Counted from the stretch's first letter, positions 42,705 through 54,777 are shown. The stretch is 64,000 bases of DNA from an uncultured Spirochaetota bacterium (GCA_963783575.1 CAWAOD010000003.1:64001-128000); one strand, 5' to 3'. Notes: generated from the sequence alone by a model not told the origin. Program-made: numbers and translations.

Positions 42705-43829
42705 TCATTTCAGGGAAACAACGTTTTTAACCGCTTCCGTAAGACTGGAAAAAGCCGTAAAACCGCCGGTTTTAAGTATCTCAATACCTTCCCTGTCGTT
42801 AGTGCCTATCAGCCGGATTACAAGCGGCAATTCAATACTGAATTCTTTTTCCGCTTCGACAAGTCCTTTTGCTATATCGTCGCAGCGGGTAATTCCCCCG
42901 AATATATTAATTAAGATTGCTTTCAAATTTTTATTTCTTATTAATATTTTCAAACCATGGACGACCTTTTGCGGATCGGAGCTTCCGCCAATGTCAAGAA
43001 AATTGGCAGGCTCGCCGCCGAAATACTTGATCAGGTCCATTGTTGCCATTGCAAGCCCCGCACCGTTTACCATGCAGCCTATATTCCCCTCAAGGCTTAC
43101 AAAAGCCAGCGATGCGGCTTTTGCATCCAGTTCGTCCCTGCTGTACTCTTCCATATTTCTCAATTCCTCAAGACTGGGATGCTTAAAAAGGCCGTTATCA
43201 TCAATTACGATCTTTGCGTCAAGGGCAATGAGACTGCCTTTTTTGTCCAGAACAAGCGGATTTATTTCAACAAGGCTGCAGTCATTTTTAATAAAAAGAT
43301 CGAATATTTTTGCAATTATCTGTAAAATCTCTCCAACTAATAATGGATCAAAAACTTTTATAAGCTCTTTCATGATCACTTTTTCATCCGATAATAATTC
43401 TCGGCTTAAAGGAATTTTGTGGATTTTTTCAGGTGATTTTATAGCAACCTCTTCAATCTCTATTCCGCCCTCTTCGCAAACTATGCATTCAATTCTTTTT
43501 TCACCGCTGTTCACAGCAATGCTTACATAAAATTCTTTTTCAATATCAACCGCCGGTGAAACGAAAACTTTATTAACCGGAATATCATTAATTTTCATTC
43601 CGAGGATTTGCCTTGCAGCAGTTTTCGCTTCCTCCTCAGTTGAAACAACCTTTACACCACCGGCTTTTCCCCTTCCCCCGGTCAAGACCTGTGCTTTTAT
43701 AACGACTTTTCTTCCTATTTCTTTCATTATAGCCCCGGCTTCATCAACGCTGAAAGCCAATTTACCCCCGGGAACCGGTATTCCGTATTCATCAAGCAAT
43801 TTTTGTCCCTGATATTCAAACAGTTTCAT
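42705..43829 (-). CDS. sucC: Succinyl-CoA synthetase beta subunit
   Basis: KAQVLTGGRGKAGG, EINPL, NGAGLAMAT, NIFGGITRCD. Confidence 0.97.
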   Translation of the reverse strand: MKLFEYQGQKLLDEYGIPVPGGKLAFSVDEAGAIMKEIGRKVVIKAQVLTGGRGKAGGVKVVSTEEEAKTAARQILGMKINDIPVNKVFVSPAVDIEKEFYVSIAVNSGEKRIECIVCEEGGIEIEEVAIKSPEKIHKIPLSRELLSDEKVIMKELIKVFDPLLVGEILQIIAKIFDLFIKNDCSLVEINPLVLDKKGSLIALDAKIVIDDNGLFKHPSLEELRNMEEYSRDELDAKAASLAFVSLEGNIGCMVNGAGLAMATMDLIKYFGGEPANFLDIGGSSDPQKVVHGLKILIRNKNLKAILINIFGGITRCDDIAKGLVEAEKEFSIELPLVIRLIGTNDREGIEILKTGGFTAFSSLTEAVKNVVSLK

Positions 43830-44548
43830 TTTATACTCTCTTTATATTCTTTTAAAATATTTTTAGTCAGATTAATGTTTTTTGTAACTTTAATGCCCCT
43901 CGGGCAGACCTTTGTGCAATTGAATTTATTCTCGCACGACCAGACCCCATCCGGTTTGTCCAGAGCGTCAAGCCTGTCGATAAGCCCGATATCCCTTGAA
44001 TCAAACAGGAATCTTGCCGCCTGGACAATCGCCGCCGGACCTATAAAGAGAGGATTTTTTTCATTTTCCACAGGGCATGAAGAAAAACAGGCGGCGCAGA
44101 GAATACACTTTGTCGTATCGTCATATTTTTCTCTTTCTTCGATACTCTGCAGCCTTTCTTTTGCTTCAACCGGATTTTTATTTATAAGAAAAGGCTTAAT
44201 TATTTTATAATTTTCAAAGAAACGGCTGTAATCAACCATTAAATCCCGTTCCAGAGGCAAAGCTTTTAAAGGCTGGATTTTTATAATGTTATTAGAACTA
44301 TCCGTTGCATCTTTAATAAGCGTCTTACATGCCAGCCTTTCAACACCGTTGATAACCATGCCATCCGAACCGCAAATCCCATGTGCGCAGCTTTTTCTGA
44401 AAGCTAGAGAACCGTCTATATAGGTTTTGATAAACATCAGCGAATCTAGGAGCCTCTCATTCGAGTCCGCTTCAATTTCATAATCCTTAAAATAAGGCTC
44501 CCTGTCTTTTTCCGGATTGAACCTTTGAATACTGAGAGTTACTTTCAT
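43826..44548 (-). CDS. sdhB: Succinate dehydrogenase iron-sulfur subunit
   Basis: SCAHGICGSD..LAC, CILCAACFSSCP, CENKFNCTKVCP. Confidence 0.95.
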   Translation of the reverse strand: MKVTLSIQRFNPEKDREPYFKDYEIEADSNERLLDSLMFIKTYIDGSLAFRKSCAHGICGSDGMVINGVERLACKTLIKDATDSSNNIIKIQPLKALPLERDLMVDYSRFFENYKIIKPFLINKNPVEAKERLQSIEEREKYDDTTKCILCAACFSSCPVENEKNPLFIGPAAIVQAARFLFDSRDIGLIDRLDALDKPDGVWSCENKFNCTKVCPRGIKVTKNINLTKNILKEYKESIK

Positions 44549-44558
44549 TGATTTCTCC

Positions 44559-45582
44559 TTAATCCGCCGAACGGTCCTGGCCCTGTCTCGCGAGCATCCA
44601 ACCCGGGTATTCAGGCGTTAAAGCACTAATATCGTCAAGTTCTTTCATCTCGCTTTCGCTTAGTTCAAGCTTTGTCGAGGCGATATTATCGATAAGCTGA
44701 TCTTCCCTTTTGGCTCCTATAATAATGCTTGTCACGCCAGGTTTTTTCGACAACCAGGCCAGTGCTACCTGTGCAGCGGAAACATTATGATTTTTACCGA
44801 TTTTAAGCATGAGGTCGATAATATCATAAGCTTTTTCCTTATTAATAAGCGGGAAATCAAATTCATCCCTCCGGCTGTCTCCTGCTTTTTCTTTTTTTCT
44901 AGTGAATTTACCGGATAAGAAACCGCCTGCAAGCGGGCTGCCATGGCATCAGCCCGAGATTTTCGCTGAGAGCCATAGGAACTATCTCCCTTTCCACATC
45001 GCGGCTTGCGATGCTGTAATAATACTGAAGGGCACAAAGCGTGCTCCAGCCCATTTTACCGGCATATCCGTTCGCTTTAGCGACCATCCATGCCGGATGG
45101 TTACAGACTCCTATATACCGTACCTTCCCGCTCCTTACAGCGTCTTCCAGCCCCCTCATTGTTTCCTCAAGCGGCGTCAACCGGTCTACTCCATGCAGAT
45201 AAAGGAGATCGATGTGTTCCAGATTGAGCCTTTCAAGGCTTGCATCAATTGAATCTGAAATATGAAGCCTTGATAATCCGGCCTCATTCGGCCCCTGCCC
45301 CATTCTCAGCCGGACTTTTGTTGCAATAAATACCTGGCTTCTCATTACTCCCAGAGTTTTCAGGGCGCCGCCAAGCAACCTTTCCGACATTCCTTCGGAA
45401 TAAGCATTTGCCGTATCGAAGAAATTAATTCCATTATCAAGTGAAATTTTAATAAGTTTTGCCGCATCGTCCTGCTGGACTTTACCGATATTCTCCCAGT
45501 AGCCCTTACCGTAGAAAGTCATTGTACCGAAACAAAGCTCCGAAACCAAAACCCCCGATTTTCCCAAAAGTTTATATTTCAT
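44559..45582 (-). CDS. Aldo/keto reductase, one frameshift near 44940
   Basis: LCFGTMTF, FDTANAY, IATKV, IDLLYLH; removing one C gives PWSPLAGGFLSGK running into AQVALAWL. Confidence 0.9.
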
Positions 45583-45629
45583 AAAATGCTCCTTGGCAGC
45601 ATGATGCTGCACTCGATATAATAGCTATT

Positions 45630-45905
45630 AAGTAGCCTGCCCTGTGCTTGTAAACTGCAATAACTAAGTTATCCGTCATTTTGAGCGGAGTCAAGAAATA
45701 CCTATTTATTCAGGATGACTCCACTCAGGATTACAATCGCCGGAGTTTACCTGAGCCTGCCTGCCTGGCGGCAGACAGGCCGGAGTGCTCAGTATGACTA
45801 TCTATTTTAACACAAGTTTTACTCTATACCTTCCCTAGCCTCCTTCGACATCCCCAGCCGAGCTGGGGCACTCAGGACAGGCTCTCCTTATCAAGGAGGG
45901 GGAAT
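45630..45905. repeat. REP/hairpin-rich intergenic region
   Basis: GTCATTTTGAGCGGAG, CCTGCCTGCC..GGCAGACAGG, CCCCAGC-CGA-GCTGGGG, CCTTCGAC..CTCAGGACAGG and TCCTT-ATC-AAGGA hairpins. Confidence 0.6.
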
Positions 45906-45939
45906 ATTGTTCACCAAGCTCCTTCAAGCGGTAAGCTTG

Positions 45940-47676
45940 CTAATATGTTCTCGGCTTGGGTTTGAACATCGACAGATCAACGCTTTTATACTCAATTTTA
46001 AGTTTATCCCCATCGGTGGAAATCATTGTATGTTTAAGCCATTCTTCATCATTTCTTAGCGGGTAATCCTCCCTGGAATGCGCACCCCTTGATTCAGTTC
46101 TGTTTTGGGCTGATACAGCGGTTACATAAGCAAGATCAAGCAGGTTTTTAAGCTCAAGTAACTCCTGAAGATCTGTGTTGAATTTTTTATTTTTATCTTC
46201 AACCCTCACATCAAGGTATTTCTTTTTTAATTCCGCTATCATATCGACGGCTTTCTGCAAGTCTTCATTTTTCCTGAATATACCTGTGTTCTCCATCATA
46301 ATATCCTGCATTTCTTCCCGGATTTTACCGCCATGAATTCCTTTTTCCCCATTCATCAGAACAGATATTATTTTTCTGGAATAATCTGCGGCGCTTTCTG
46401 AAACAATTCCGAAATCTGAATTTCTGATATATTCAGACATATCTTTCCCAGCCCTTCTGCCGAAAACGACAAGATCGACAAGGCTGTTTGTCCCCAGCCT
46501 ATTGGCTCCATGAACTGACACACAGGCGCATTCCCCGGCCGCATAAAGCCCCTCGTAAACCTCCCCGGAAAAATTCTTGAGTACCCTGCCATTGATATCC
46601 GTTGGAATTCCGCCCATAGCGTAATGTGCGGTCGGCTGAACCGGGATCGGTTTTTCAGAAGGATCTATACCGAGATAATTCATACAGAATTCCGTGATGT
46701 CGGGAAGCTTGGAATAAATCACATCTTTACCCAGATGCGATGCGTCAAGCATGACATAATCATCGATTTTTCCGTCGCCCCTCATACCGTTACCTTTTTT
46801 AAGCTCCGTTATGATCGCCCTGCTGATCAGGTCCCTTGGAGCAAGGTCAAGAAGTGTCGGCGCATATTCCTTCATAAATGGCTCGCCCATTCTATTCTTC
46901 AGTATTCCGCCCTCACCCCTTACTGCCTCTGTAATAAGAATTCCCATACCGGCGATACCGGTCGGGTGAAACTGGAAAAACTCCATGTCCATCAGGGGAA
47001 TTTTCCTTCTGAATAAAACCGCCGGCCCATCGCCGGTATTGGCATATGCGTTTGAAGTGGTCTTAAAAATCCGGCCGAACCCGCCTGTTGCGAAAAGAAC
47101 GCATTTAGACTTAAAGATATGAATATCCCCCGTTGATAATTCCAGGGCAACTATTCCGTTGCACTTTTTATCATCAATGATAACATCCGTCACAAAAAAT
47201 TCATCAAAAAAAGCCACGTTGTTTTTAATACACTGCTGGTATAACGTCTGAAGGATCATATGCCCGGTTCTGTCCGCGGCATAGCAAGAACGCTTTACCG
47301 GGGCCTCGCCGAAATTCCTTGTGTGGCCCCCGAACCTCCGCTGGTCTATTTTGCCGTCAGGAGTTCTGCTGAAAGGCAGTCCGCGGTTTTCAAGGTCGTA
47401 AACCGCATTGACCGCCTCTTCTACAAGAATTTTAGCGGCACTTTGATCGGCAAGATAATCTCCGCCCTTGATTGTGTCGAACGCATGCCATTCCGGCCTG
47501 TCCTCTTCGACATTGCCTAAAGCGGCTCCAATACCGCCCTGCGCTGTACCTGTATGGCTCCTTATGGCATAAAGCTTTGAAATGACGGCGGTTTTCCCCT
47601 TACCGCTTGCTTCAAGGGCTGCGTAAAGCCCCGCTCCACCGCCCCCGACAATGACCGCATCGAATTCATGAATCAT
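45940..47676 (-). CDS. sdhA: Succinate dehydrogenase flavoprotein subunit
   Basis: [16 protein letters not shown] covalent-FAD His, [29 protein letters not shown]. Confidence 0.96.
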   Translation of the reverse strand: MIHEFDAVIVGGGGAGLYAALEASGKGKTAVISKLYAIRSHTGTAQGGIGAALGNVEEDRPEWHAFDTIKGGDYLADQSAAKILVEEAVNAVYDLENRGLPFSRTPDGKIDQRRFGGHTRNFGEAPVKRSCYAADRTGHMILQTLYQQCIKNNVAFFDEFFVTDVIIDDKKCNGIVALELSTGDIHIFKSKCVLFATGGFGRIFKTTSNAYANTGDGPAVLFRRKIPLMDMEFFQFHPTGIAGMGILITEAVRGEGGILKNRMGEPFMKEYAPTLLDLAPRDLISRAIITELKKGNGMRGDGKIDDYVMLDASHLGKDVIYSKLPDITEFCMNYLGIDPSEKPIPVQPTAHYAMGGIPTDINGRVLKNFSGEVYEGLYAAGECACVSVHGANRLGTNSLVDLVVFGRRAGKDMSEYIRNSDFGIVSESAADYSRKIISVLMNGEKGIHGGKIREEMQDIMMENTGIFRKNEDLQKAVDMIAELKKKYLDVRVEDKNKKFNTDLQELLELKNLLDLAYVTAVSAQNRTESRGAHSREDYPLRNDEEWLKHTMISTDGDKLKIEYKSVDLSMFKPKPRTY

Positions 47677-49595
47677 CTGCCTTCCTCCGCTAAATTGAGA
47701 TATCCTCCGGCGAGGAGAATCTTCCTATGCCTTGGAGAAACATCAAGGATTGTGACGATTTTTCTTCCGTTTACTTCAACCGGAATTTCAGCATTGCCGT
47801 TTTCAATGATCTTTTTAATATCAAATAATTTTATCTTATCTCCCAATTTTATTGTGTCAAAATCACTTTTATCTTTGAAAGTAAGAGGTAAAATTCCGAA
47901 ATCTATGAGGTTATCTTTGTGAATCCTGGCGAAGCTTTTAACGATTTTTGCCTTAACTCCCAAAAACCTAGGCGCCAGGGCCGCATGTTCCCTCGAAGAG
48001 CCCTGACCGTAGTTCTCCCCTCCTATTACAATCCCGCTGCCTTTTTCCTTTGCCCTTTTTGAAAAGTTTTCATCTATAATATCAAAGACAAATTCGCTGA
48101 TCTTTGAAATATTGCTCCTGAAAGGTAAAGCCCTGTTCCCCGCCGGCATTATAATGTCGGTACTGATGTTATCGCCCACTTTTATGACAACTTCACATTC
48201 AAGCGATCCTGGCAGCGCTTCGAACCTGGGTATAGCCTGGATATTCGGCCCCTTTATCAATTCAACATTGGAGCCTTTTTCAGCAGGCTTTATGAACCAT
48301 TTCATATTGAAAACATATTTTTCGGGATAATCTATCACGGGATAATTGCCCATTGTCCTAGGGTCTGTAATTTTACCTGTCAATGCCGATGCGGCAGCCG
48401 TTTCAGGAGAGCACAAATAAACAGCGTCATCGTTTGTTCCGCTTCTCCCTTTGAAATTCCTGGGAAATGTCCTTAAGGAATTCGTCCCGCTTGCAGGCGC
48501 CTGCCCGATTCCGATACATCCCAGGCAACCCGGCTCGTGGACTCGCGCGCCCGCTTCGATAAAATTCTTTATCCCGCCCATAATCAGGACGTTTTCAAGG
48601 GTTTCCCTGCTTCCGGTGTTTATCTCAAAACTGACCTGGGGATGCTTGATTTTGCCTTCGACCATTTTCGCCGCGATCATAAAGTCCCTGTAGCTTCCGT
48701 TGCAGGACGACCCTATTATCACCTGGTGAATATCGGTGCCGCTAAGTTCCTTTGCCGGTTTGACATTATCAGGGCTTGAAGGACAGGCGACAAGAGGTTC
48801 GATTGCGGAAAGATCAAGCTCGGAGTTAATTTCGAACACGGCGCCATCTTCGGTTTTTAAGGGTTTCCAGTCATTTTCCCTGTCTTCCTTTCTTAAATAT
48901 TCTTTTGTGATTTCATCAGAAGGAAAAATAACCGCTGTAAGGCCCATATCCACGCCCATATTTGCGATCGTCGCCCTGGCTGCCAGATCCAGGTTCAAAA
49001 CCCCGGGACCGTAAAACTCCATAATCTTGCCAAGTCCGCCGTTAGCCCTGTAAGTCCTCAATAACTGCAGTATCACATCCTTCCCTGAAACAAAATCCTG
49101 CAGTTTCCCAGTAACATAAACCCCCCAGATCTTCGGCATAATAATATGATAAGGAACTCCCGCCATTGCCATTGCGACCTCGATGCCCCCCGCTCCCATA
49201 GCCAGCATGCCCAGGCACCCTCCGGTTGTCGTATGGCTGTCGGAGCCGAGGAGCGTTTTACCTGGAATCCCGAATCTCTGCCTGTGCACATGGTGAGAAA
49301 CTCCATTCCCCGCCGGAGATAGAAGGACCCCGTATTTCGAAGCCGCTGATTGCAGAAACCTGTGATCGTCGGCATTTTTATAATCGGTTTGTATTATGTT
49401 ATGGTCGATATAGCTTACTGCCAGATCAACCTTTACCCTGTCAATATTCATTGATTCGAATTCCAGGTAAACCATCGTTCCGGTAGCATCCTGTGTCAGA
49501 GTTTGATCGATTTTGATGCCGATTTCTTCACCCTGGACAAGCCTTCCTTCAACAATATGGCTTTCAATTATTTTTTCAGCGATTGTTCCTTTCAT
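47673..49595 (-). CDS. Aconitate hydratase (short 640-aa type)
   Basis: [38 protein letters not shown]. Confidence 0.93.
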   Translation of the reverse strand: MKGTIAEKIIESHIVEGRLVQGEEIGIKIDQTLTQDATGTMVYLEFESMNIDRVKVDLAVSYIDHNIIQTDYKNADDHRFLQSAASKYGVLLSPAGNGVSHHVHRQRFGIPGKTLLGSDSHTTTGGCLGMLAMGAGGIEVAMAMAGVPYHIIMPKIWGVYVTGKLQDFVSGKDVILQLLRTYRANGGLGKIMEFYGPGVLNLDLAARATIANMGVDMGLTAVIFPSDEITKEYLRKEDRENDWKPLKTEDGAVFEINSELDLSAIEPLVACPSSPDNVKPAKELSGTDIHQVIIGSSCNGSYRDFMIAAKMVEGKIKHPQVSFEINTGSRETLENVLIMGGIKNFIEAGARVHEPGCLGCIGIGQAPASGTNSLRTFPRNFKGRSGTNDDAVYLCSPETAAASALTGKITDPRTMGNYPVIDYPEKYVFNMKWFIKPAEKGSNVELIKGPNIQAIPRFEALPGSLECEVVIKVGDNISTDIIMPAGNRALPFRSNISKISEFVFDIIDENFSKRAKEKGSGIVIGGENYGQGSSREHAALAPRFLGVKAKIVKSFARIHKDNLIDFGILPLTFKDKSDFDTIKLGDKIKLFDIKKIIENGNAEIPVEVNGRKIVTILDVSPRHRKILLAGGYLNLAEEGR

Positions 49596-49910
49596 TACAA
49601 CCTCCGGAATTGGATAATATCAAAATACTTGATAGTAGCTTTTTATATTCAGGAATTGAAATCTTGAAAGGAATCAATGAAATGCAATGTCGGTACAATT
49701 TTCTCATAATTCACACCCCATAAAAAAAATGGGACGGTTCCTCGTTGATCATATGTTAAGATCATTAAAACTAATATAACTTAATAGATAGTAAATAGTC
49801 AAGCCATTTTCAGGTAAATTTTTAATTATAATAATTCATTGACTCATTTTACCGGTCTTTTTAAGATAAATTGTTCATGTCAATTGAAAATAATAACCGG
49901 GAGCGTATTT

Positions 49911-51290
49911 ATGAATTACCGTATTGAAAGCGATACAATGGGTGAAATGAAAGTCGAAAAAGATAAACTATGGGGCGCGCAGACGCAAAGATCCCTGGAA
50001 AACTTCAACATCGGGCATGAAAAAATGCCTATTGAAATCATTTATGCCCTGACGCTTATAAAAAAAGCCGCGGCTGTTTCGAACAACAAACTGGGAAAGC
50101 TCCCGGCGGATAAAATGAAAGCTATCGTAAGCGCAAGTGACGAAATATTGAACGGAAGGCATGACAGTCAATTTCCTCTGTCAATATGGCAGACGGGGAG
50201 CGGGACGCAAACCAATATGAATGTAAACGAGGTGATCTCAAATATCGCAATCTTAAAAATGGGCGGTGAACCAGGCTCAAAGGAGCCGGTACACCCGAAT
50301 GACGACGTGAATAAATCGCAGTCTTCAAATGATATTTTCCCCGCCGCAATGCAGGTATCAGCGGTTACAATGATTGATAAGTTTTTGCTTCCCTCCGCAA
50401 ATATTTTACTTGATACATTAAACAAAAAAAGCGAGGAATTTAATGGCATAATCAAATGCGGGAGAACTCATCTTCAGGACGCAGTTCCGATAAGGCTCGG
50501 ACAGGAATTTTCGGGGTATGCCGAGCAAATCCGGGCTTCGATAGAAAGGATAAAAAGTGCCCTGACGGATGCGTATCTTTTACCTATAGGGGGATCGGCA
50601 GTAGGAACCGGGTTGAACGTTCCACAAGGATTTGATATATCGGCTTGTGAACTAATTTCAGAATATACAAATTTACCTTTCAAACCGGCTAAAAATAAAT
50701 ACATATCGATGGCCTCCCATGATAACCTTGTTCATCTCTCCGGAGCATTGAACAGCCTGGCCTGTTCCTTAATGAAGATCGCCAATGATATCCGTTGGAT
50801 GGGTTCCGGTCCCCGCTGCGGCATTGGTGAAATTACCCTTCCTGAAAACGAACCCGGAAGTTCCATTATGCCCGGCAAGGTTAACCCGACCCAGTGCGAG
50901 GCCCTTACAATGGTCTGTACCCAGGTGATGGGCAATCATACGGCGATAAGTATTGCCGGGGCGTCCGGCAATTTTGAGCTTAATGTTTTTAAGCCGGTGA
51001 TTATTTATAACCTTCTTCAATCTATCGATATCCTCGCCGGTTCAATGGATAGTTTTACAAAAAAATGCCTCGTCGGTATAAAAGTCAATCAAAATAGAAT
51101 CAGGGAATATCTTGAAAAAAGCCTGATGCTTGTTACAGCTCTTAACCCGCATATCGGTTACGAAAACTCTGCAAAAATAACCAAACTTGCTCATGAAAAA
51201 GATATCACCCTGAAGGAAGCAGCTCTTGAGCTGAAACTGTTGTCAGCGGAGGAGTTTGACAAATATGTTAAACCGGAGGAAATGGTTTGA
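49911..51290 (+). CDS. fumC: Class II fumarate hydratase
   Basis: WGAQTQRS, QTGSGTQTNMN, GRTHLQDA, GSSIMPGKVNPTQCE; ATG at 49911. Confidence 0.97.
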   Translation: MNYRIESDTMGEMKVEKDKLWGAQTQRSLENFNIGHEKMPIEIIYALTLIKKAAAVSNNKLGKLPADKMKAIVSASDEILNGRHDSQFPLSIWQTGSGTQTNMNVNEVISNIAILKMGGEPGSKEPVHPNDDVNKSQSSNDIFPAAMQVSAVTMIDKFLLPSANILLDTLNKKSEEFNGIIKCGRTHLQDAVPIRLGQEFSGYAEQIRASIERIKSALTDAYLLPIGGSAVGTGLNVPQGFDISACELISEYTNLPFKPAKNKYISMASHDNLVHLSGALNSLACSLMKIANDIRWMGSGPRCGIGEITLPENEPGSSIMPGKVNPTQCEALTMVCTQVMGNHTAISIAGASGNFELNVFKPVIIYNLLQSIDILAGSMDSFTKKCLVGIKVNQNRIREYLEKSLMLVTALNPHIGYENSAKITKLAHEKDITLKEAALELKLLSAEEFDKYVKPEEMV

Positions 51291-51478
51291 AAGTTCACTT
51301 TTCTGAAAATATACCTGTCATTTTTTCCATGCGTGACCCGCAAAATACACTTTTTTTTAAAGAATACTTGACGAAATTACAATTATTTGTGAAATTTTAT
51401 AATCCTAAAACTAAAATTACTTTCTCAAGCTTTTCCCAACCCCAAATTCGACAGGCTCAGTGCATTGCTCCACGGGAG

Positions 51479-51625
51479 GGTTCACTGAAAAATGAGTTAA
51501 AATTTGAAAACTATAACTAACTGTTTCTAATTGTATTTATAACTCATTGTTATAAAATAGGATATGACACCAATAAAATACTGTTTATTAAACATTTTAA
51601 GATTTATGATGATTTTCAGTGAACA
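51479..51625. mobile_element. MITE-like element (147 bp)
   Basis: IRs GTTCACTGAAAA (51480-51491) / TTTTCAGTGAAC (51613-51624); 8-bp direct repeat CACGGGAG at 51471-51478 and 51626-51633; AT-rich interior. Confidence 0.7.
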
Positions 51626-51718
51626 CACGGGAGGGGGTATTGTTAAACAGTAATAATCCATTAAGTTTATGGTAAAAGCTTTTGGCATTATTTGAGAGAA
51701 ATAATTAGGAGATAAGCC

Positions 51719-52483
51719 ATGAAAAGACCGTGTTTTTTTATCATGCTGGTTTTTATTTATAATTTGCTTAATGCTTATGAAAATAACCTCCCCAACCTGA
51801 CTACACCATCAATCTTGCAGCCGGGCCAGCTGGAATTCGAGATAATTCACCGGCTGTATGATGATCTTCCGGATGTTCCTGAAAACGGTTTTCTGGTATC
51901 GGGAGCAAATGTCAGGGTGGGATTAAAGGCGTGCATATGGAACAGCCTGGCTGTTTATGGAAATTATGGTAATAACCAGACGGAGTTCCAGATTGGCGCA
52001 AATTATTCGATCCTTCCCGAAAACTCATTTATAAAAGGATTGGCGGATACCTCATATTTCAGCTACCAGGATTTTTTCAGACAAAGCAGGAGCCAAAATA
52101 TTTTTTTATTATTATCCATGCAGACAATGAGGATAAATAAAATACTCTGTACAAGCTTAAATTTAGGTTACGATAATTTCAACCAGGCGTTCGGCGCAGC
52201 CCTGGGGCTTGACGCAAAAGTCGTTTCAGGATTTAACCTGTTTCTGGAATACGGCCAGGATTTAATCCACAACCCGCAGAATACAAATATTCTGCAAAAC
52301 GGATACATCTCCGCGGGGTTCAAAATCGAAACCTGGGGGCATCACTTCATGTTTGTTTTTCAAAATACCCCGGAGATTGGAATGCGCAGGCTTTTGAACG
52401 GTACATCATCTTATACGAACTGGTATTTCGGTTTTACCATTCAGAGGCTGTTCGACCTGGCGCCTGCCCAACAAAGCGAATAA
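51719..52483 (+). CDS. DUF5777-like outer-membrane beta-barrel protein
   Basis: Signal peptide, FEIIHRL, GFKIETWGHHFMFVFQN, YFGFTIQRLF. Confidence 0.7.
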   Translation: MKRPCFFIMLVFIYNLLNAYENNLPNLTTPSILQPGQLEFEIIHRLYDDLPDVPENGFLVSGANVRVGLKACIWNSLAVYGNYGNNQTEFQIGANYSILPENSFIKGLADTSYFSYQDFFRQSRSQNIFLLLSMQTMRINKILCTSLNLGYDNFNQAFGAALGLDAKVVSGFNLFLEYGQDLIHNPQNTNILQNGYISAGFKIETWGHHFMFVFQNTPEIGMRRLLNGTSSYTNWYFGFTIQRLFDLAPAQQSE

Positions 52484-52499
52484 AATAAGGGAGGATATT

Positions 52500-52862
52500 A
52501 TGAAAACTGAAAATGCTTTAATGATCTTTGGAATGGCTTTGATTACCTTAATTCTCTTTTCCTGCAACACTTATTCGAGTGGAGGTTCCGGCAGCAGTAC
52601 TGCAAACAGCTCGGCAAATATCCAGATAACCGGTTTTGCTTTCAGCCCCTCTACCTATACAGCCGCAGTGGGGCAATCGATAACCTGGCAGAATAATGAC
52701 AGTACCGCGCATACCGTAACAAGCACATCCGGATCGGAATTAAACAGCGAAAACATCAATCAGGGGGGTACTTACTCGCATATCTTCGCCACTGCCGGTA
52801 CGTATAACTACATATGCAGCATTCACACCTATATGCACGGCAGTATTGTGGTGACAAATTAA
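52500..52862 (+). CDS. Cupredoxin (plastocyanin/amicyanin-like) lipoprotein
   Basis: LFSC lipobox, FAFSP, WQNNDSTAHTVT, YICSIHTYMHG type-1 Cu ligands. Confidence 0.9.
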   Translation: MKTENALMIFGMALITLILFSCNTYSSGGSGSSTANSSANIQITGFAFSPSTYTAAVGQSITWQNNDSTAHTVTSTSGSELNSENINQGGTYSHIFATAGTYNYICSIHTYMHGSIVVTN

Positions 52863-53003
52863 AGGCAATACCGGATATACCAGTGAAAATAGCAGATGCC
52901 GATATTATTAATGCGGGTTTGATGGCATATATTCGCATTATGTGAGCCTTCTAAAAGGGGATCAAGTCTTTCTTTATAGAAATATTATGATAAGGAGGAC
53001 TTT

Positions 53004-53372
53004 ATGCTGATTCTGAAATTTACATCTATTTCCTTTTTTATTGCCGCAACCCTGTTCTTTATTTCCTGCAATTCAGTTACGACACAGGGCGGCGGGACAT
53101 CAACCAATTTAGTATTGTCGTATGATGTACCGATTCAGTTTTATACTTTTGAACCTTCAAGTTTAACGGTACCGGCCGGGTCGACTGTAACTTGGGTTAA
53201 CCATGATACGGCGACACATACGGTTACAAGCACCGGCGGACCGCAACCTTTCAACAGCGGTAATTTAACCGTCGACGCGGGTTATAGTTTCACTTTCACA
53301 ATATCAGGTACAAACACATACCGCTGTAATATCCATACATATATGACGGGGACTGTTATAATTACAAATTAA
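53004..53372 (+). CDS. Second cupredoxin lipoprotein
   Basis: FISC lipobox, WVNHDTATHTVT, YRCNIHTYMTG. Confidence 0.9.
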   Translation: MLILKFTSISFFIAATLFFISCNSVTTQGGGTSTNLVLSYDVPIQFYTFEPSSLTVPAGSTVTWVNHDTATHTVTSTGGPQPFNSGNLTVDAGYSFTFTISGTNTYRCNIHTYMTGTVIITN

Positions 53373-54777
53373 ACAGACTTTGCTTTGATCGATCTGACCC
53401 TGTATACGTCGATTAAGTCCTTTTTGCCTTTGATCTGCTGATCTTTTAAAATTTCTGCATCAGTTTCCGGCCTTACTTTTGAGAAAACTGATTCTGAAAT
53501 AAGAATATTGCCCGGTTTGGCCAATGAGCAAAGCCTCGACACAACATTGACTGTGTCTCCGATAACGGCGTATTCCAACCGGTTCCTGCTACCGATGTTT
53601 CCGGAAAGCATCTCTCCGGAGTTGATTCCAATTCCAACCTCAAGGCCGAGGTTCAATCCCCTGACCTCCCGGATCATCGCCGCGGCGCAGTGAAGCGCAA
53701 TCGATTCGCTTTCAAAAATCGCCATTATTTCATCGCCTATGAATTTATCCACATCGCCGCCACATTTTTCCACACTTTCCGCCTGGACTTCAAGAATTTT
53801 ATTAAGGCTGCCGACGACAACTTCCGGAGCATGACTTTCCGTGAAAGATGTAAACCCGCGTACATCGGAGAACAATACGGTGAGTGTTTTCTTTTCAGGC
53901 AGGCCGGCCATTTCACCTTCGCTTGCCGCCATATTGCGGGTGGAAGAGGAAACATATTTTGTCAGTTTGAATCGTTCTTCCAGCCCTTTAATCATATTAT
54001 TGATCCTTTCGGCAAGGTTGCCAAGTTCGTCTTTCCTATTAAGGTTAACACGGGCTTTGAAGTCTCCTCCGCCCAGCAGTTCAACCGCATATCCGATTTT
54101 CAAGATTGGGGAGATTATCAGGTTCCTGAGAAATAAAAACAGGACGGCAATTAAAACCGCTCCGGCGGATAAGAAGAAAATTATAAGGATTGTCCTTGTA
54201 TTTTCTATCTGTTTATATGTCCCGGCGATGGAAAGCTTAAAATTTATCAATCCCCGGTAAGGATAACCGCTTCCATGGCGTTCATGCATTCCGCCTGGTT
54301 TTCTATCGGGTAATAATATTCCAGTTCCTTTGTCCCGGAATAAAACTCCTGTTTGAAAACCTGCCTGTCAAGGGCGTCGCTGATATCGGATAAAATATTT
54401 TTCTTCTCATTGCTTGTATGATTGTCGGTAAGCCTGGGCGTTTTTTCAAAACTGATCCCTTTCTGGTTACTGTTCACATAATCCAGCGTTTGGAAATCGC
54501 TGAACGCCATTATTCCGTTTGTATGATAAATTGCAATGGACTTGTATTCATTCAGGTCCTGAAGGTCCGATATTGTGCGTACCAAAAGCGGCGCTCTTCC
54601 GTCAAGCATCATATTTTTTAAGGCTGTAAGGAGGATTCCACGGTTCATTGCACTTATCAGGTTTGAACTTTGTGTCGAGTTGATAAAATATACGATAAAC
54701 ACTCCGGCGCTTAATAACACCAGTACAATAAGAGAAATGATCTTAAACTGGATCGAAGAAAAGCGGTAGGATTTCAT
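53369..54777 (-). CDS. Membrane class III adenylate/guanylate cyclase with periplasmic sensor and HAMP domain, one frameshift near 54280
   Basis: TM-sensor-TM, RKDELGNLA HAMP, LFSDVRGFT, DKFIGDEIMA, GDTVNVVSRL. Confidence 0.88.

Noticed and set aside
38296..43530. Long antisense ORFs (38296-38967, 41463-42113, 42802-43530) and similar ones such as 61779-62513 and 22619-23179
   Set aside because: Shadow frames of well-supported genes on the opposite strand
49600..49910. FNR/Rex-like sites in the acn-fumC divergent promoter
   Set aside because: Only half-site matches with wrong spacing in an AT-rich background
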